This document shows positions 27,178 through 36,125 of a stretch of DNA of 64,000 bases, in pieces. This DNA comes from Syntrophaceae bacterium UBA2192. Lineage in GTDB: Bacteria > Desulfobacterota > Syntrophia > Syntrophales > UBA2192. The notes under the pieces are model-generated. The model was not told the origin of the DNA. It saw nothing but the letters and a program-made list of their open reading frames with translations, and did not search any database. How positions within the stretch are numbered: the stretch's first letter is position 1; the number at the start of each line of letters is the position of its first letter. The stretch covers positions 2,114 through 66,113 of the forward strand of contig DCVI01000150.1 of the NCBI GenBank assembly GCA_002327315.1, read 5' to 3'. The position numbers were made by a program, and so were the translations under genes.

Positions 27178-27199
27178 CGGCAGGGTCCTTTTCCGGATC

Positions 27200-27236
27200 A
27201 AATCCCCCTTTTACAAAGGGAAAAAGAGGGGGAATT
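27200..27236. repeat. family-A palindrome core (short copy)
   Basis: AAATCCCCCTTTTACAAAGGGAAAAAGAGGGGGAATTT. Confidence 0.6.
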
Positions 27237-27356
27237 TTTCTTCAATCTGCTAATCACAGAACGAAACCGGAAGCAACGGGAATGTGGAGAATGCCCTTGT
27301 CTTCGATCCGTCTATCGGCTATAGACTTGACGATTGCACAGCATAAGGAGATGCCA

Positions 27357-28022
27357 ATGAAACTTGCCGACAGCCTCTATGTCTACGAGTGGACGAACTA
27401 CTTCGAGAACAACTGCAACAGCTTCTTCATCGGGGGCACCATCGGGGCGCTCGTCGACCCGGGGCTCAGTAAGCACCTGCCCGATCTGCTGAAGCGGATG
27501 GCCAAGGACGGGATTAAAAAGGAAGACATTCATTACGTCGTCAATACCCACTCGCACCCCGATCACTACGAGGCCTCGGCGCTTTTTGACAGCTCGCAGG
27601 TGAAGATTGCCCTTTCGGAAATCGAGATGGAATTCATGCAGGGCCCCGGCGCACACCTCTACCAGCTCTTCGGCCTGAAAGCCCCGGTCGTGGACGTGAA
27701 CCTGCCCCTCAAGGAAGGGGAGGTGAAACTGAACGGCGAGACCTTCGAGATCTCCATCGTGCCGGGCCATTCGCCGGGATCCATCGGCCTTTACTGGCCG
27801 GCGAAGAAGGCCCTCTTCCCCGGGGACGTGATCTTCCAGATGAACGTGGGCCGCTCCGATTTCCCCGGCGGCGACAGCAAGCTCCTGAAGAAGAGCATCC
27901 AGAATCTCGCCAAGCTCGACGTGAAATACCTGCTCCCTGGCCACATGGGCATGGTCACGGGCAAGGCGAACGTGAAGAAGAATTTTGAAAAGGTGATCGA
28001 GGGGATATTCCCGTATCTTTGA
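27357..28022 (+). CDS. MBL-fold metallo-hydrolase
   Basis: AAGGAG RBS. THSHPDH zinc motif, plus GHSPGS and LLPGH downstream. Confidence 0.8.
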   Translation: MKLADSLYVYEWTNYFENNCNSFFIGGTIGALVDPGLSKHLPDLLKRMAKDGIKKEDIHYVVNTHSHPDHYEASALFDSSQVKIALSEIEMEFMQGPGAHLYQLFGLKAPVVDVNLPLKEGEVKLNGETFEISIVPGHSPGSIGLYWPAKKALFPGDVIFQMNVGRSDFPGGDSKLLKKSIQNLAKLDVKYLLPGHMGMVTGKANVKKNFEKVIEGIFPYL

Positions 28023-28031
28023 GAAATAGGC

Positions 28032-28113
28032 AAAAGCCACAAGCCGCAAGCATCAAGGCAAAAGAAAATCCCCCTCTTTCCCCCTTTTGCAAAGGGGGAA
28101 GAAAGGGGGATTT
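28032..28113 (+). repeat. family-A repeat
   Basis: AAAGCCACAAGCCGCAAGCATCAAGGCAAAAG followed by the palindrome AAATCCCCCTCTTTCCCCCTTTTGCAAAGGGGGAAGAAAGGGGGATTT. Confidence 0.75.
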
Positions 28114-28153
28114 GATTTTCCAGCCCGAATCCGGAAGCCCGCGGCGTCAGCCG

Positions 28154-28558
28154 CTATTTCCATCCGATCGGCTCGTACCCTTTCTCCCTCAGGCACCGCT
28201 CGACAAATTGCTTGTGGACGGGGCTTGGCTCTGCGGCCTGAAAGAGCCCGCCGAAAAATCCCCAGATGCCGCCGCTCGAGGCCCCGATCGCCAGTCCCTG
28301 GCCGAAGTCGCCTGTGATGGCGCCGACGGCGGCCCCCACGGTGGCCCCGACAACGGCGCCCGTCGCGGTGCTTTTCGCCACGTCCCCGGCGGGATTTTCT
28401 TTCACGTAGGCCTCGGCCTTCCGGGTGCACTCGTCGATGTCCTGCTGGGCCCGTGCCTCACCGGCCTGCTGCACCTGCATATTGGGGTACAGGACGGGGC
28501 GGGCAGTCCCGCATCCCGCAAGGATCAACGCAATAATCGGGATCAGAGCTTTTTTCAT
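28154..28558 (-). CDS. glycine-zipper lipoprotein
   Basis: Lipobox LILAGCGT, Gly-zipper GAVVGATVGAAVGAITG and C-terminal RCLREKGYEPIGWK. It is a paralogue of the next gene. Confidence 0.7.
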   Translation of the reverse strand: MKKALIPIIALILAGCGTARPVLYPNMQVQQAGEARAQQDIDECTRKAEAYVKENPAGDVAKSTATGAVVGATVGAAVGAITGDFGQGLAIGASSGGIWGFFGGLFQAAEPSPVHKQFVERCLREKGYEPIGWK

Positions 28559-28601
28559 GACATCGTCTTCCCGTTGTTCCTGCTAAGTCTGCCAGGTCAC
28601 G

Positions 28602-29018
28602 CTATTGCCAGCCCATCGGCTCGTAGCCCTTTTCCTTGAGACAGCGGTTCGTGAACTGCTTGAAAACAGGGCTTGGCTCGGCCGCCTTGAACAGCCCGTA
28701 CGTTGCACCGCCTGCCGCACCGCCTGCCGCTCCCGCGGCAAGCCCCCTGCCGAAGTTTCCCGTCACGGCCCCTACTGCGGCGCCCGTCGCGGCGCCAACG
28801 GCGCCTCCCTTTACGGCACCTTCGGCCACCTTGGAGTCCTGGTTTTTCTTGACGTAGGTCTCCGCCGTCTGCATGCAGTCGTTGATGTCCCGATCGGCCT
28901 GCGCACTTCCCACAGTCTTCAGGTAGTTGTTGGGGTACAGGACGGGCCTTTGCGAGGCGGCGCAGCCGATGAGGGTCAGGGCGAAAAGAAACAGGACGGG
29001 CAAGGCGATTTTTCTCAC
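28602..29018 (-). CDS. glycine-zipper lipoprotein (paralogue)
   Basis: Lipobox LTLIGCAAS, GGAVGAATGAAVGAVTG and C-terminal RCLKEKGYEPMGWQ. Confidence 0.7.
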   Translation of the reverse strand: MRKIALPVLFLFALTLIGCAASQRPVLYPNNYLKTVGSAQADRDINDCMQTAETYVKKNQDSKVAEGAVKGGAVGAATGAAVGAVTGNFGRGLAAGAAGGAAGGATYGLFKAAEPSPVFKQFTNRCLKEKGYEPMGWQ

Positions 29019-29022
29019 GATC

Positions 29023-29397
29023 TTATTCCTTTTCGATGCGGATTTTCGAAGCCCCTTTGGCCTTTTTAAGTATTAACGCATCACCGGCAATTTGGCCGAC
29101 AAGGTTCACCTCGCTTGCCGGCACGGGGTCCGGGCCCGTGCTCATGGGCGTGCGGCCAAAGAAAAGGGCCAGGGCCTGTCCCGGGGGCCAGTAGCCGATG
29201 TCCCCGATTTTTACCTTCCCCGTGGCCGTTGCGTCAAGGGGAAGCTTCACGGGGATCGTGAAGTAGAATTCGTCGCCCCACTCGTTGGGGACGGCCTCGA
29301 TGGGGAGTTTCCCGGCGATGGCTTTTGCGCAGTCCGTGTCGGACAGCTCCGCCGAAACGGTAACCGGGCCGATAATGATCCTTATTTTTTGCGGCAT
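29023..29397 (-). CDS. cyclophilin-like-fold protein
   Basis: GDEFYF...GDIGYWPPGQALALFFG is the pattern of the cyclophilin-like (PF04126-type) family. Confidence 0.6.
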   Translation of the reverse strand: MPQKIRIIIGPVTVSAELSDTDCAKAIAGKLPIEAVPNEWGDEFYFTIPVKLPLDATATGKVKIGDIGYWPPGQALALFFGRTPMSTGPDPVPASEVNLVGQIAGDALILKKAKGASKIRIEKE

Positions 29398-29411
29398 GGC
29401 AATCTTTCCTT

Positions 29412-30137
29412 TTACTTCGAATCGGCGATGGCGTAAGTCACCGTCACGGTGACGCTGAATGTCTGCTCCCCCGGTGCGATCGGCACCGCAGAGGCCGCAG
29501 CGGCTTCCATGCGCGCAACAGGGTACGGACCCGGACGGCCGCCTGCCTGCTCGTCGATCCGTATCGGCTTTCCGAGCTTCAGACCCGCCGCTTCCGCATA
29601 GACCCGGGCGCGGCGTTGCGCATCGGCAATGGCCTTCTTGCGCGCCTCGTCCGTGAGCTGCACAGGATCGGCAACCCCGAAGCTGATCCCCCGGACCTGG
29701 TTGGCCCCCTGGGAAACCGTTTCATCCAGAAAGGCCCCCAGCGCCAGGAGATTTCGGACCTTCACGTGGACCTCGTTTGTGACCCGGTAGCCGGCGATCT
29801 TCGGGGGCTCCTGCTGGGTCTTGTCATACTTGTAGCGGGGCGAGACGTTGAACTGGACGGTCTGCAGGTCCCTGTCCTCGATCCCGCGCTTGCGGATCAT
29901 GACGATGAGCTGGCTCACGGCCTCGTTGTTTTTCCTGAGCGCCTCGGCTGCCGTGGGGGCCTCGGTGACAACGCCCACCTGGACCTGGGCGAAGTCCGGT
30001 TTGCCGTGGGATTCGCCTGTGCCGGCCACGGTGATGGAGGACGGTCGGGCGCCTGTGAGATCCGACGTCTGCGCAATTGCCGTAACTGCCGCGAAAACGG
30101 CCAGTACCAGGACAACAAAGGCGGACAAATTCTTCAT
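29412..30137 (-). CDS. SIMPL (DUF541) periplasmic protein
   Basis: Signal peptide. Overall SIMPL pattern, with GKPDFAQVQVGV..., ...RKKAIADAQRRARVYAEAAGLKLGKPIRI... and a TVTVTY end. Confidence 0.75.
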   Translation of the reverse strand: MKNLSAFVVLVLAVFAAVTAIAQTSDLTGARPSSITVAGTGESHGKPDFAQVQVGVVTEAPTAAEALRKNNEAVSQLIVMIRKRGIEDRDLQTVQFNVSPRYKYDKTQQEPPKIAGYRVTNEVHVKVRNLLALGAFLDETVSQGANQVRGISFGVADPVQLTDEARKKAIADAQRRARVYAEAAGLKLGKPIRIDEQAGGRPGPYPVARMEAAAASAVPIAPGEQTFSVTVTVTYAIADSK

Positions 30138-30369
30138 GATGCCCCCCCCTCCGGAAGGTTTTTAGGACGGTGCCCCGTCCGGGAATCCTTTAGTGAACGG
30201 CCCCGACAACAGGGTCAATGCGAGGAGCAAAGCGACGCGGCAATCCCGTGATATTGCTTCACTTCGCTTGCAGTGACCCCTCGATTCATCTATGGTGCTG
30301 ACTATATCACAGCCCCGTCCGATGCAAAAAGTTTTTCACGGGCATGGTTTCACAGCTCAATACCTCGCC

Positions 30370-30618
30370 CTAGGCCTTCTTCATGGCGAAGAAGGTCCCC
30401 AGACTGTTTCCCCCCGCAAAGGCCATGATGCTGAAGGCGCCGTCCATGGCGCTGTCCTTGAGGATCACGGTGAGCAGAAGGAAATTGGCGACCGTGATCA
30501 ACCCGCTCAAAACCGTTGCCCGCCCGATGCGTTTCTCGGCGACGTCTCCCGTGTACTTGGTGATGAGCAGGTCGATGACAAACCCCGCGATGAAGATCAA
30601 AAGAAGCTTCGTGATCAT
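30370..30618 (-). CDS. DUF5698/UPF0316-like small membrane protein
   Basis: GGAGG RBS 9 nt before ATG 30618. FVIDLLITKYTGDVAEKRIGRATVLSGLITVANF...FAGGNSLGTFF resembles the UPF0316 N-terminal domain. Confidence 0.55.
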   Translation of the reverse strand: MITKLLLIFIAGFVIDLLITKYTGDVAEKRIGRATVLSGLITVANFLLLTVILKDSAMDGAFSIMAFAGGNSLGTFFAMKKA

Positions 30619-30952
30619 GACACACACCTCCCCTGAAGAAACATGCGGTTTGGATGGGATTCCGGGAGGACGGGAAAGACAATCCCGTGCCGGGCGGGCA
30701 CAACTCTGCCGTCCGGTGAAGAGTTCAGAAAGTTTCTCAGAAGGTTACGGGCGGGAAAGATCCCGGTAATGGAAGGGAAAGACAGGCGGCCCGGGCTTAC
30801 ACCCCGTAACCTGCCGGTTGCTCACCAGCGCTCACTCCAGCCTCCCTCAATTGAGTTGCCTATATGATCCCCCGGGCGAGGGGGAAAAGTCAAGGCGGAG
30901 ATTGTTGAGCAATTTCAATTAAATAAGGCCAAACCTGTGCAGGGGATATGCT

Positions 30953-31237
30953 TCAGTCGGCTATGGTGTCCTGCATGGACCTCACTTGATTCAGGGCCTT
31001 CTCGACGATGGTCATGAAGAACTCGTAGCTCTCCCGGCAGGCCCGGTGAACGACAGGCGTGACGAGGTCCTGGTTCTCCTCGTAGAACTGGTCCACCAGC
31101 TGCTGGTACTCCAGCGTGTCGAAGACGATCGGCGTTGCATCCGCCGAAAAGGCGTAGCCATGCAGGTACAACCCCCTGAGCTTGATGTCCTCGAGGGCCT
31201 CGATGCGTTCCTTCGGAGACTGCGTTTTCTTTTCCAT
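30953..31237 (-). CDS. hypothetical protein (94 aa)
   Basis: ORF with native codon usage and an acidic, helical sequence. No recognised motif. Confidence 0.45.
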   Translation of the reverse strand: MEKKTQSPKERIEALEDIKLRGLYLHGYAFSADATPIVFDTLEYQQLVDQFYEENQDLVTPVVHRACRESYEFFMTIVEKALNQVRSMQDTIAD

Positions 31238-31255
31238 GTCGAACTCCTTGCTTCA

Positions 31256-31298
31256 AATCCCCCCTGCCCCCCTTTGCGAAAGGGGGGAAATGGGGAGT
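31256..31298. repeat. family-A palindrome core (variant)
   Basis: AAATCCCCCCTGCCCCCCTTTGCGAAAGGGGGGAAATGGGGAG. Confidence 0.55.
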
Positions 31299-31304
31299 GT
31301 TCGT

Positions 31305-32012
31305 TCATCCGCCCAGGTAGGCCTTCTGGACCTCGGGGTTGGTCAGCAGCGCCGCCGCCGAGTCCTCCAGGACGATGTTCCCCACTTCCATGATATAGCC
31401 CCGGTTGGCGAGTTTGAGGGCTGCCTTCGCATTCTGTTCGACGAGCACGATGGTCACGCCCGCCTTGTTGATCTGCTCGAGCGTCCGGAAGATGGCCCTC
31501 GCCAGAAGCGGTGCAAGACCGAGCGAGGGCTCGTCGAGAAGCAGGATCTTCGGCTCGGCCATGAGGCCCCGGGCGATGGCCAGCATCTGCTGCTCTCCGC
31601 CGGAAAGGGTCCCGCCAAGCTGATCGCGCCTTTCCTTCAGAATGGGGAAAAGCTCGTAGATCCACTCCCTGGTCTTTGCGATCCCTGCGGTGCCGGTGCG
31701 CACGAAGGAGCCCAGAGCGAGGTTTTCCTCGACGGTGAGGGTGCCGAAGATTCGCCTTCCCTCGGGAACCTGGATCACGCCCTCTTTGACGACATCGTGG
31801 GCCTTGAGCCTGTGCAGCGCCTTGCCGCCGAATTCGATGGATCCTGCCGAGGACTTCACGATTCTGCTGATGGCCATCAGCGTCGTCGATTTCCCCGCCC
31901 CGTTGGCCCCCAGGATGGCGACGATCTCCCCCTCATTGACCGCGAGGTGGATCCCGTGGAGGACTTCCACGTTGCCGTATTTGACTCGAAGGTCCCGGAT
32001 TTCGAGCAGCAT
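31305..32012 (-). CDS. livF: branched-chain amino acid ABC transporter ATP-binding protein
   Basis: GANGAGKST Walker A, LSGGEQQMLAI signature and LLLDEPS Walker B. Confidence 0.9.
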   Translation of the reverse strand: MLLEIRDLRVKYGNVEVLHGIHLAVNEGEIVAILGANGAGKSTTLMAISRIVKSSAGSIEFGGKALHRLKAHDVVKEGVIQVPEGRRIFGTLTVEENLALGSFVRTGTAGIAKTREWIYELFPILKERRDQLGGTLSGGEQQMLAIARGLMAEPKILLLDEPSLGLAPLLARAIFRTLEQINKAGVTIVLVEQNAKAALKLANRGYIMEVGNIVLEDSAAALLTNPEVQKAYLGG

Positions 32013-32015
32013 CGG

Positions 32016-32777
32016 CTAGTCCTCCATCCCCAGGTAGGCCTCGATGACCTTCGGGTCGCCCTTGATGGCTTCCGGCGCGCCTTCGGCGATCTTGGAGCCG
32101 AACTCCAGAACGACGATCTTCTCGCAGGCCTTCATGACGAGCGACATGTCGTGCTCGATGAGCAGGGTCGTGATCCCCCTGTTCTGGATCCTGCGAATCG
32201 TGCCAATCAGTGCCGCCGTCTCCTGCTCGTTCATCCCGCCTGCGGGTTCGTCGAGAATGACGAGCCGGGGCTCCGATGCCAGGGCCCGGGCGATCTCGAG
32301 GAGCCGCTGGCTGCCGTAGGAGAGATTTTTTGCCAGCTGCATCTCCTGGCCCTGCAGGCCCACGAAGGCAAGCTCGTCGAGGGCCCTGGCGAGGGCCGCG
32401 CGCTCTTCCCTGCGCTCGCCCGGCATGCGGAGCATGGCCGTGAAGGAGCCCGATTTCATCCGGCAGTGGCAGCCGGCCAGCACGTTCTCGAGCACGGAGA
32501 GATTCTGGAAGAGGCGAATCGTCTGGAAGGTCCGGGCGATGCCGAGCTTGACGATGCGGTAGGTGGGCCAGTTCGTGATGTCTTTGCTTTCGAAGCGGAC
32601 AGCTCCGCTGTCGGAGCGGTGATTGCCGGTGATGAGGTTGAATACGGTCGTCTTGCCCGCCCCGTTCGGGCCGATGAGCCCGACGATGGCCCGTTCCTCC
32701 ACGTCGAAGGAGACTTCGTTTACGGCCATCAGTCCGCCGAAGGACTTGGTAATGCTCTCAAGCTCCAGCAGGCTCAT
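32016..32777 (-). CDS. livG: branched-chain amino acid ABC transporter ATP-binding protein
   Basis: GPNGAGKTT, LSYGSQRLLEIA and LVILDEPAGG motifs. ATG at 32777 overlaps the livM stop (ATGA). The longer track ORF extending to 33491 is rejected. Confidence 0.9.
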   Translation of the reverse strand: MSLLELESITKSFGGLMAVNEVSFDVEERAIVGLIGPNGAGKTTVFNLITGNHRSDSGAVRFESKDITNWPTYRIVKLGIARTFQTIRLFQNLSVLENVLAGCHCRMKSGSFTAMLRMPGERREERAALARALDELAFVGLQGQEMQLAKNLSYGSQRLLEIARALASEPRLVILDEPAGGMNEQETAALIGTIRRIQNRGITTLLIEHDMSLVMKACEKIVVLEFGSKIAEGAPEAIKGDPKVIEAYLGMED

Positions 32778-33733
32778 GGGGCCCCCCCGGCATTGCGTGC
32801 CTCGGGAAGCGCGTATGTCCGCGGCCGCTGCGGCAGGATGCCCTCGGTCCGGACGATCATCATGACGACCATGGCGGCGCCGAAGATCAGCATGCGTGCA
32901 TCGGCGAAGTCCCGGAAGACCTCGGGCAGGCCCACGAAGAGTACCGCCCCGAGCAGCACACCGGGGATGCTCCCCGATCCGCCCAGGATGACGATGGCGA
33001 ACATGACGACGGATTCCCAGAAGTTGAAGGACTCGGGGGCGATGATGGTCATCTTGGCGGCGAAGATGTCGCCGGCCATTCCCGCCCAGGCGGCGCCCAG
33101 GACGAATACGGCGAGCTTGTAGTGCGACGTGTTGATCCCGCTTCCCTCGGCGGCGGTCTCGTCCTCGCGAAGGTAGTTGACGGCCCGGCCGAAGCGCGAG
33201 TTCTCCAGGCGGTGGAAGAGAAAGATCGTGACCATGAGGAATGCCCCGATGAGGTAGTAGAACTCGTGGGGCCTGCGGATCACGTACCCGAAGACGGTGG
33301 GCCTCGAGATGCCGAAGATGCCGTTGGGCCCGCCGGTGATCCCGAAAAGATCGTTGGTCAGGGCGATGCGCAGGATCTCGCCTACGCCGATCGTGACGAT
33401 GCACAGGTAGTCGCCGCGCAGGTGGATGATGGGCCGGGCGATGATACCGGCGAAAAGGCCCGCCGTAAGAGCGCAGACGGGAAGGAGCCACAGCACGGGG
33501 ATTGCGAACTGCGTGTTGAGGATGGCCGCCGTGTAGGCCCCCACGGCGAAGAAGGCCGCGTGCCCCAGGTTGAAAAGCCCCGCGTGGCCCACGATGAGGT
33601 TGAGCGAGAGCCCCAGGATGGCATAGAGGCCCACGTTGTTGAGCACATCCACCCAGTAGGGGTTGAGAAAAGTTGGGGCCACGGCCAGCACGGCGAATAT
33701 GACCCCGTAGATGTACATGCTCTTATTTTTCAT
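32774..33733 (-). CDS. livM: branched-chain amino acid ABC transporter permease
   Basis: Polytopic BPD_transp_2-type permease. LSLNLIVGHAGLFNLGHAAFFAVGAY motif. Confidence 0.9.
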   Translation of the reverse strand: MKNKSMYIYGVIFAVLAVAPTFLNPYWVDVLNNVGLYAILGLSLNLIVGHAGLFNLGHAAFFAVGAYTAAILNTQFAIPVLWLLPVCALTAGLFAGIIARPIIHLRGDYLCIVTIGVGEILRIALTNDLFGITGGPNGIFGISRPTVFGYVIRRPHEFYYLIGAFLMVTIFLFHRLENSRFGRAVNYLREDETAAEGSGINTSHYKLAVFVLGAAWAGMAGDIFAAKMTIIAPESFNFWESVVMFAIVILGGSGSIPGVLLGAVLFVGLPEVFRDFADARMLIFGAAMVVMMIVRTEGILPQRPRTYALPEARNAGGAP

Positions 33734-33765
33734 TGTGCCGTCTGTTTCGTTCCTTCTTTTCCTGC

Positions 33766-33796
33766 CTACACGCTACACCCTACGCCCTACACGCTA
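33766..33796 (+). repeat. tandem heptamer CTACRCS x4.4
   Basis: ctacacg ctacacc ctacgcc ctacacg cta, in the livM-livH spacer. Confidence 0.7.
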
Positions 33797-33801
33797 TCTT
33801 T

Positions 33802-34707
33802 TCAGACTTTCTCCGCCACCCTCTCGCCCAAAAGCCCCGTGGGCCTCACGATGAGAATGAGGATGAGGACGAAGAAGGCGATGGCGTCCTTCCAGGCAAT
33901 CGAGATGTAGGCCGACCCCATGGCCTCGATGACCCCGAGAAGCAGTCCGCCCAGCATGGCGCCGGGGATGTTCCCGATTCCGCCCAGGATGGCCGCCGTG
34001 AAGGCCTTCATGCCGTAGGTCCAGCCCATGGTGAAGTTAATCTGCCCGTACTGGAGCCCCACCATGAGCCCCGCGGCGCCTCCCAGGGCCGGGCCGATCA
34101 GGAAGACGAGCAGGATCACCCGGGTGACGTCGATTCCCATGAGCCTTGCCGCGTCCTGGTCAATGGCGGCGGCCCGGATGGCCGTCCCGATCCGCGTTTT
34201 CTGGATGAAGGTGTAGAGTGCGGCCATGAGGACGAGCGACGCGGCGAGGACGAGGATTCGTACCAGGGGTACGTAGAGGCCGAAGAGGTCGATGGCGGTC
34301 TCCGGGATGAGGTCCTCGGGGTAGACCTGGAAGCGGGCCCCGTAGATGAGCATGACGGCGTTCTGCAGGAAGATGGAGGCCCCGAGGGCCGAGACGACGG
34401 CGGAGAGACGCGGAGATTCGCGCAGCGGCCTGTAGGCCGTCCGTTCCACGATGGCCCCCAGGATCGCCACGAGCCCCATCACCATGAGGGCGAGAACGAC
34501 GAGACCGATGAAAGGCCCGATGGTCTCGTGGAGCGCAAAGGAGGCCAGCAGGGTCATCCCCAGGTAGGCACCGATCGTGAAGAGGTCCCCGTGGGCGAAG
34601 TTGATGAGCTTCAGCACCCCGTAGACCATGGTATAGCCCAGCGCAATGAGCGCGTAGATGCTCCCCACCGCGAGGCCGTTTGTCAATTGCTGGAAAAACT
34701 CTTCCAT
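33802..34707 (-). CDS. livH: branched-chain amino acid ABC transporter permease
   Basis: The LTNGLAVGSIYALIALGYTMVYG N-terminal motif is typical of LivH. Confidence 0.9.
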   Translation of the reverse strand: MEEFFQQLTNGLAVGSIYALIALGYTMVYGVLKLINFAHGDLFTIGAYLGMTLLASFALHETIGPFIGLVVLALMVMGLVAILGAIVERTAYRPLRESPRLSAVVSALGASIFLQNAVMLIYGARFQVYPEDLIPETAIDLFGLYVPLVRILVLAASLVLMAALYTFIQKTRIGTAIRAAAIDQDAARLMGIDVTRVILLVFLIGPALGGAAGLMVGLQYGQINFTMGWTYGMKAFTAAILGGIGNIPGAMLGGLLLGVIEAMGSAYISIAWKDAIAFFVLILILIVRPTGLLGERVAEKV

Positions 34708-34712
34708 AAAAA

Positions 34713-34802
34713 TGGCTTATGGCTAAGGGCATATGGCAAAAGGAATGAAAAGACCCCTCAAAATTGACTTATGCCTTTAGCCTTAAGCCCTATGCCTTTC
34801 CT
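34713..34802. repeat. long imperfect hairpin (GGCWWAKGGC arms)
   Basis: GGCTTATGGCTAAGGGCATATGGCAAAAGG ... CTTATGCCTTTAGCCTTAAGCCCTATGCCTTTCC, in the livH-livK spacer. Confidence 0.6.
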
Positions 34803-34922
34803 TGATTCAACCTCCGTGTCAGGGGCTCAGGGGGATTCGATGTCCCGGCGACTCTCGCCGGCAGGGCCGATGAAAAAGACGGTCCATGGGGCCGGAGCCC
34901 CATGGACCGGTCGCCTTTTCCT

Positions 34923-36041
34923 TTACTTCTGCAGTACGATTTCTCCCTTGGAATCGAACTTGAAATACCGATAGACATCGCCGACCCGGTCGCCCTTGGC
35001 GTTGAAGGAAATCGTGCCCGTCAGGGCGTCCTTGTCCTTGAACTGGGTCTTCATGTAGTTGGCGAGCTTGTCGGGATCCGTCGTCTTTGTCTGGGCGATG
35101 GCCGCCGCAACCACGCGGAACCCGTCACCGGCCAGGACGGAATAGGGGGAAGAAGGCTCGTTGCCGTACTTTTTCTTGAAGTCAGCCAGGAAGGATTTCG
35201 CCTGCTTCGAAGGCAGGTATTTGGGCAGGGGGGGCATGACGAAGGAGAAGCCCGTAACCGCCTCTCTGCCGGCCAGCTTCACCAGGTCGGTATTGTAAGT
35301 GGCATCGCCGCCCAGGAAGGGGACCTTCCAGTTCATCTGCTTGGCCTGCTTCAGCAGAAGCCCGGCCTCGCTGTAGTAGCCCGTGAAGAAGACGAGATCG
35401 GGGCCGGCGCCCTTCATCTTGGTGAGCACCGCCGTGTAGTCGCTCTGCTTCGGGGTGAGGGCGTCGAAGAATACGATCTTGATGCCCTTCTTCTCGAGCT
35501 GCGGCTTCACCTCGTCGGCAAGCCCCTTGGCATAGGTGCTGTTGTCGTGCAGGATAGCCACTTTTTTCGCCTTGGTCTTCACGATGGCGTCGACGGCCAC
35601 CTTGCCCTGCTCGTCGTCGCGGGGGCATGTCCGGAAGAAGTACTTGAGACCCTTTTCAGTGAGCCGGATGGCCGTGGAGCCGTTGGCGACCTGTATGATC
35701 TTGGCCTCGTTGAAGATGTTCTGGCTGGCCTCGGTTACGGAGGAGCCGTAGGTGCCGATAACGGCCACGACACCCTTTGTCGTGAGTCTCTGGGCCGCCA
35801 GGGCCGCCGTGCGGGCATCGCTGCCGTCATCATCGGTGATAAGCTCTACTTTCTTGCCGAGAAGGCCTCCCTTGGCATTCAGCTCGGCGTTGAGCAGCTC
35901 GAGGACCTGCTTCATCTCCGCGCCCTCGCTGGCGAAAGAGCCCGTCAGCGGAGCCATCAGGCCGATCTTGATCGTGTCCTGGGCGTAGGCTGTTGCGGTG
36001 AGCAGGCAGACCGTCATCAGGACGAAAACGATTTTTTTCAT
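34923..36041 (-). CDS. livK: branched-chain amino acid ABC transporter substrate-binding protein
   Basis: AAGGAGG RBS and signal peptide MKKIVFVLMTVCLLTATAYA. Type-I periplasmic binding pattern IKIGLMAPLTGSFA. Confidence 0.9.
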   Translation of the reverse strand: MKKIVFVLMTVCLLTATAYAQDTIKIGLMAPLTGSFASEGAEMKQVLELLNAELNAKGGLLGKKVELITDDDGSDARTAALAAQRLTTKGVVAVIGTYGSSVTEASQNIFNEAKIIQVANGSTAIRLTEKGLKYFFRTCPRDDEQGKVAVDAIVKTKAKKVAILHDNSTYAKGLADEVKPQLEKKGIKIVFFDALTPKQSDYTAVLTKMKGAGPDLVFFTGYYSEAGLLLKQAKQMNWKVPFLGGDATYNTDLVKLAGREAVTGFSFVMPPLPKYLPSKQAKSFLADFKKKYGNEPSSPYSVLAGDGFRVVAAAIAQTKTTDPDKLANYMKTQFKDKDALTGTISFNAKGDRVGDVYRYFKFDSKGEIVLQK

Positions 36042-36125
36042 GAATTCCCCTCCTTGAGAAATCGGGTTGATAAGGGCTTGATGCTTGGTTTGCAACCTGC
36101 GGGACTGGCGGAAAATAGCAGAGAA

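Noticed and set aside
30619-30952. 330-nt structured-looking leader upstream of the DUF5698 gene; the segment GCAACCGGCAGGUUACGGGGUGUAAGCCCGGGCC vaguely recalls the c-di-GMP-I (GEMM) riboswitch core (GCAAACC...GGGACGCAAAGCC)
   Set aside because: The resemblance is partial: the loop is GGCA rather than GNRA, one A is missing, and I could not trace the second hairpin or receptor. It needs an Rfam/Infernal scan (RF01051) and I would not call it from eye alone.
32016-33491. 491-aa minus-strand ORF suggesting a much longer LivG
   Set aside because: Its N-terminal 238 residues are Arg/Pro-rich out-of-frame readthrough across livM. The ABC ATPase begins at ATG 32777 (MSLLELESI) with the classic ATGA overlap to livM.
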